DNA of 64,000 nt from Bacteroidia bacterium (GTDB taxonomy: Bacteria; Bacteroidota; Bacteroidia; NS11-12g; UBA9320): the NCBI GenBank assembly GCA_965216465.1, contig CBDCFW010000006.1, positions 1,024,001-1,088,000 on the forward strand, read 5' to 3'. Both the position numbers and the translations under genes were made by a program. The stretch's first letter is position 1. The number at the start of each line of letters is the position of its first letter. Below the pieces are notes generated by a model. That model was not told where the DNA came from and did no database searches. It worked only from the letters and a program-made list of their open reading frames with translations. Shown here in pieces: positions 61,781 to 64,000 of this stretch.

Positions 61781-63322
61781 ATGGCAAAGACAGTAGAGGA
61801 ATTATTGTTCGATTTAGGAATTAAACCTGTAAATGAGAGCATTTGTACCGGAAGAGAATGGGTTACATCTTTAGGCACAGAAACGATAGATGTAACAAGT
61901 CCTGTTGATGGCAAAAAGTTAGCGAGTGTAGTCTATGCTTCACAAAGTGAATACGAGCATGTGTTAAAATTGGCACAAGAAGCATTTGAAAAGTGGAGAA
62001 CAGTTCCTGCGCCTGTACGAGGTGATATTGTAAGAAAATTTGCTGTTAAGCTACGATTGAGAAAGAAAGATCTTGGCCGATTGGTTAGTCTAGAAATGGG
62101 CAAAAGCTATCAAGAAGGGCTTGGAGAAGTTCAGGAAATGATAGATATCTGTGACTTTGCTGTTGGACTGTCTCGACAGCTTTATGGACTAAGCATGCAC
62201 AGTGAGAGACCAAATCACCGGATGTATGAACAATGGCATCCACTTGGGATTGTTGGTATTATATCAGCCTTTAATTTCCCAGTTGCTGTATGGGCTTGGA
62301 ACAGTATGATTGCAGCTATTTGTGGGGATGTCTGCATTTGGAAACCAAGCGAAAAAGCTCCATTGTCAGCCATTGCTTGCCATCAAATATTAAAAGAAGT
62401 TGTAGTCGAGAATGATATTCCTGAAGGAGTGTTTAACTTGATTATTGGCGACTATAGAATTGGAGAAAATATTGCCAAAGACAGAAGAATTCCATTGGTG
62501 TCTGCAACGGGAAGTACACGTATGGGAAGACGCGTTGGACAGATTGTAGGAGCTAGACTTGGCAAATCGCTACTTGAGCTTGGAGGAAACAATGCAATCA
62601 TCGTTTCGGAAAATGCAAATCTTGAGAATGCTCTAAGAGCAGCAGTTTTTGGTTGTGTTGGAACGGCCGGTCAACGATGTACTTCAACAAGAAGATTGTT
62701 GGTTCAAGATACCATTTTCGATAAGTTTAAAGATAAGCTAGTTGATGTTTACAGTCAATTAAAAATAGGTGATCCACTCGATGAGTCAAACCATGTAGGA
62801 CCATTGATTGATACTCAAGCCGTAAAGGCATTTCAAAATGCAATATCTGAACTCGAAGAGGAGGGAGGAACCGTAGTTTATGGAGGAGATGTTCTTTCTG
62901 GAGAAGGATACGAAAGCGGTTGTTACGTAAGACCTTGCATTGCTGAAGCACAGAACCATTTTAATATTGTTCAAGAAGAGACTTTTGCACCCATTGTTTA
63001 TTTAATTCCTTTTAGAAACTTAGAAGAAGCTGTATTGATGCAAAACGACGTGAAACAAGGACTAAGTTCAGCAATTTTTACTGATAACATTCAGGAAGCT
63101 GAAGCGTTTTTAAGCAGCCAAGGAAGCGATTGTGGTATTGCCAATGTGAACATCGGAACCAGTGGTGCGGAAATCGGAGGTGCGTTTGGAGGCGAGAAAG
63201 AAACAGGTGGTGGACGTGAAAGCGGATCTGATGCTTGGAAAGCATATATGCGTCGTCAAACGAATACCATTAATTATGGGAATGACTTGCCTCTAGCACA
63301 GGGGATTAAGTTTGATATCTAA
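61781..63322 (+). CDS. Aldehyde dehydrogenase family 7 (antiquitin / L-piperideine-6-carboxylate dehydrogenase-like)
   Basis: GEVQEMIDICDFAVGLSRQL, SAFNFPVAVW, LELGGNNA, GTAGQRCT and GAEIGGAFGGEKETGGGRESGSD; TACCTTTG promoter element at 61756-61763. Confidence 0.93.
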   Translation: MAKTVEELLFDLGIKPVNESICTGREWVTSLGTETIDVTSPVDGKKLASVVYASQSEYEHVLKLAQEAFEKWRTVPAPVRGDIVRKFAVKLRLRKKDLGRLVSLEMGKSYQEGLGEVQEMIDICDFAVGLSRQLYGLSMHSERPNHRMYEQWHPLGIVGIISAFNFPVAVWAWNSMIAAICGDVCIWKPSEKAPLSAIACHQILKEVVVENDIPEGVFNLIIGDYRIGENIAKDRRIPLVSATGSTRMGRRVGQIVGARLGKSLLELGGNNAIIVSENANLENALRAAVFGCVGTAGQRCTSTRRLLVQDTIFDKFKDKLVDVYSQLKIGDPLDESNHVGPLIDTQAVKAFQNAISELEEEGGTVVYGGDVLSGEGYESGCYVRPCIAEAQNHFNIVQEETFAPIVYLIPFRNLEEAVLMQNDVKQGLSSAIFTDNIQEAEAFLSSQGSDCGIANVNIGTSGAEIGGAFGGEKETGGGRESGSDAWKAYMRRQTNTINYGNDLPLAQGIKFDI

Positions 63323-63329
63323 ATTGCTT

Positions 63330-63946
63330 CTACCAATTTACAGGCTTAACTAACTTAAATCCCGAGCCATTATCAATGATGTCATTAAATTGATTTTTCT
63401 TAATTATATTTTTTCCGATGATTATTGAGCCTTTTGAAGCTCGAGCGACAGATTGGTTATGTCGTTTTGGTGGAAAAGCTACAAAAACTCGCTTTTTTTC
63501 AAAGTAATGATGAATTGCTTTTATTGGAGGAACAAGGTCACTATCACCAGAAATTAGCATGGCCATATCACATTTATCTTGAAAGGCATCTAGCATTAAT
63601 TGAGTGGCAATATTTACATCCGTCATCTTTTCATTATAGCTGTTCCAGAGAAAGGAACATTGATTACATTTTATGGTATTTGACTGATATTGGCCAAAGT
63701 ATATCTTAACTTTTGTAGTTTTCAAAGCATCAAGATATAACGACTGGTTCCTTTCTTTGTGAAGATCGTTTTTTAAGCGACTTGTAAAATACTTCACTTC
63801 AATTAGTTCTTGATTTGGCTTCAATATAGATTGAACAAGCGATACGAGATTTAACCAACGATAATTACCAATTCAGCTTGTAGCAATCCAAAGTGAAGAT
63901 TGAATCCGTCGATATAGGCAATTACCCTTTCTGTAGTTTTTGACAT
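63330..63946 (-). pseudogene. NYN-domain (LabA/DUF88, PIN-like) protein gene interrupted by a single-base frameshift
   Basis: ATG 63946 gives MSKTTERVIAYIDGFNLHFG (NYN motif 1) but stops at TAA 63853-63851. The rest (GNYRWLNL...KYFT...EKMTDVNIA...ISGDSDL.P) continues in another frame from about 63869. Confidence 0.8.
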
Positions 63947-64000
63947 TATTAATCCTGTTTTTGTTTTTTCACTTTATCTTTGTATTAGCATCACCAAGGA

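Noticed and set aside
63851-63875. Programmed -1 ribosomal frameshift in the NYN gene
   Set aside because: No X-XXY-YYZ slippery site or obvious stimulatory structure at the junction; mutation or sequencing error is simpler.

Overview
A gene-dense, AT-rich chromosomal segment from a Bacteroidota genome, judged from sprA, gldH, T9SS C-terminal sorting domains, TAnnTTTG promoter elements and Gln-exposing signal peptides. Most of it is housekeeping: kbl, ftsH, nadD, gmk, ruvA-sprA, purL, monomeric icd, lpdA, rsgA, metF, rpmH-rnpA-yidD, ppk2, pepP and ALDH7. It also carries many peptidases, an ergothioneine cluster (egtB-egtD-DUF427 facing a PLP lyase candidate), a TPP-riboswitch-controlled TonB receptor and tRNA-Pro(GGG). 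Two things stand out. (1) 56545-61703 is a three-gene operon of exported proteins: a caspase-family (C14) protease with several internal (S/T)R-G sites, followed by two paralogous trypsin-fold protease-ankyrin fusions whose propeptides both end in SR-G just before the expected mature N-terminus. This suggests an extracytoplasmic caspase-to-serine-protease zymogen cascade. (2) 14461-15172 is an array of six ~112-bp multi-hairpin repeats between sprA and tRNA-Pro. Each unit carries an inverted homolog of that tRNA's own 3' trailer/terminator. The ORF track misses rpmH, a 48-aa two-TM protein, a partial gene at the left edge, and the frameshifted 5' end of a NYN-domain gene. All calls come from motif recognition by eye; no searches were run.
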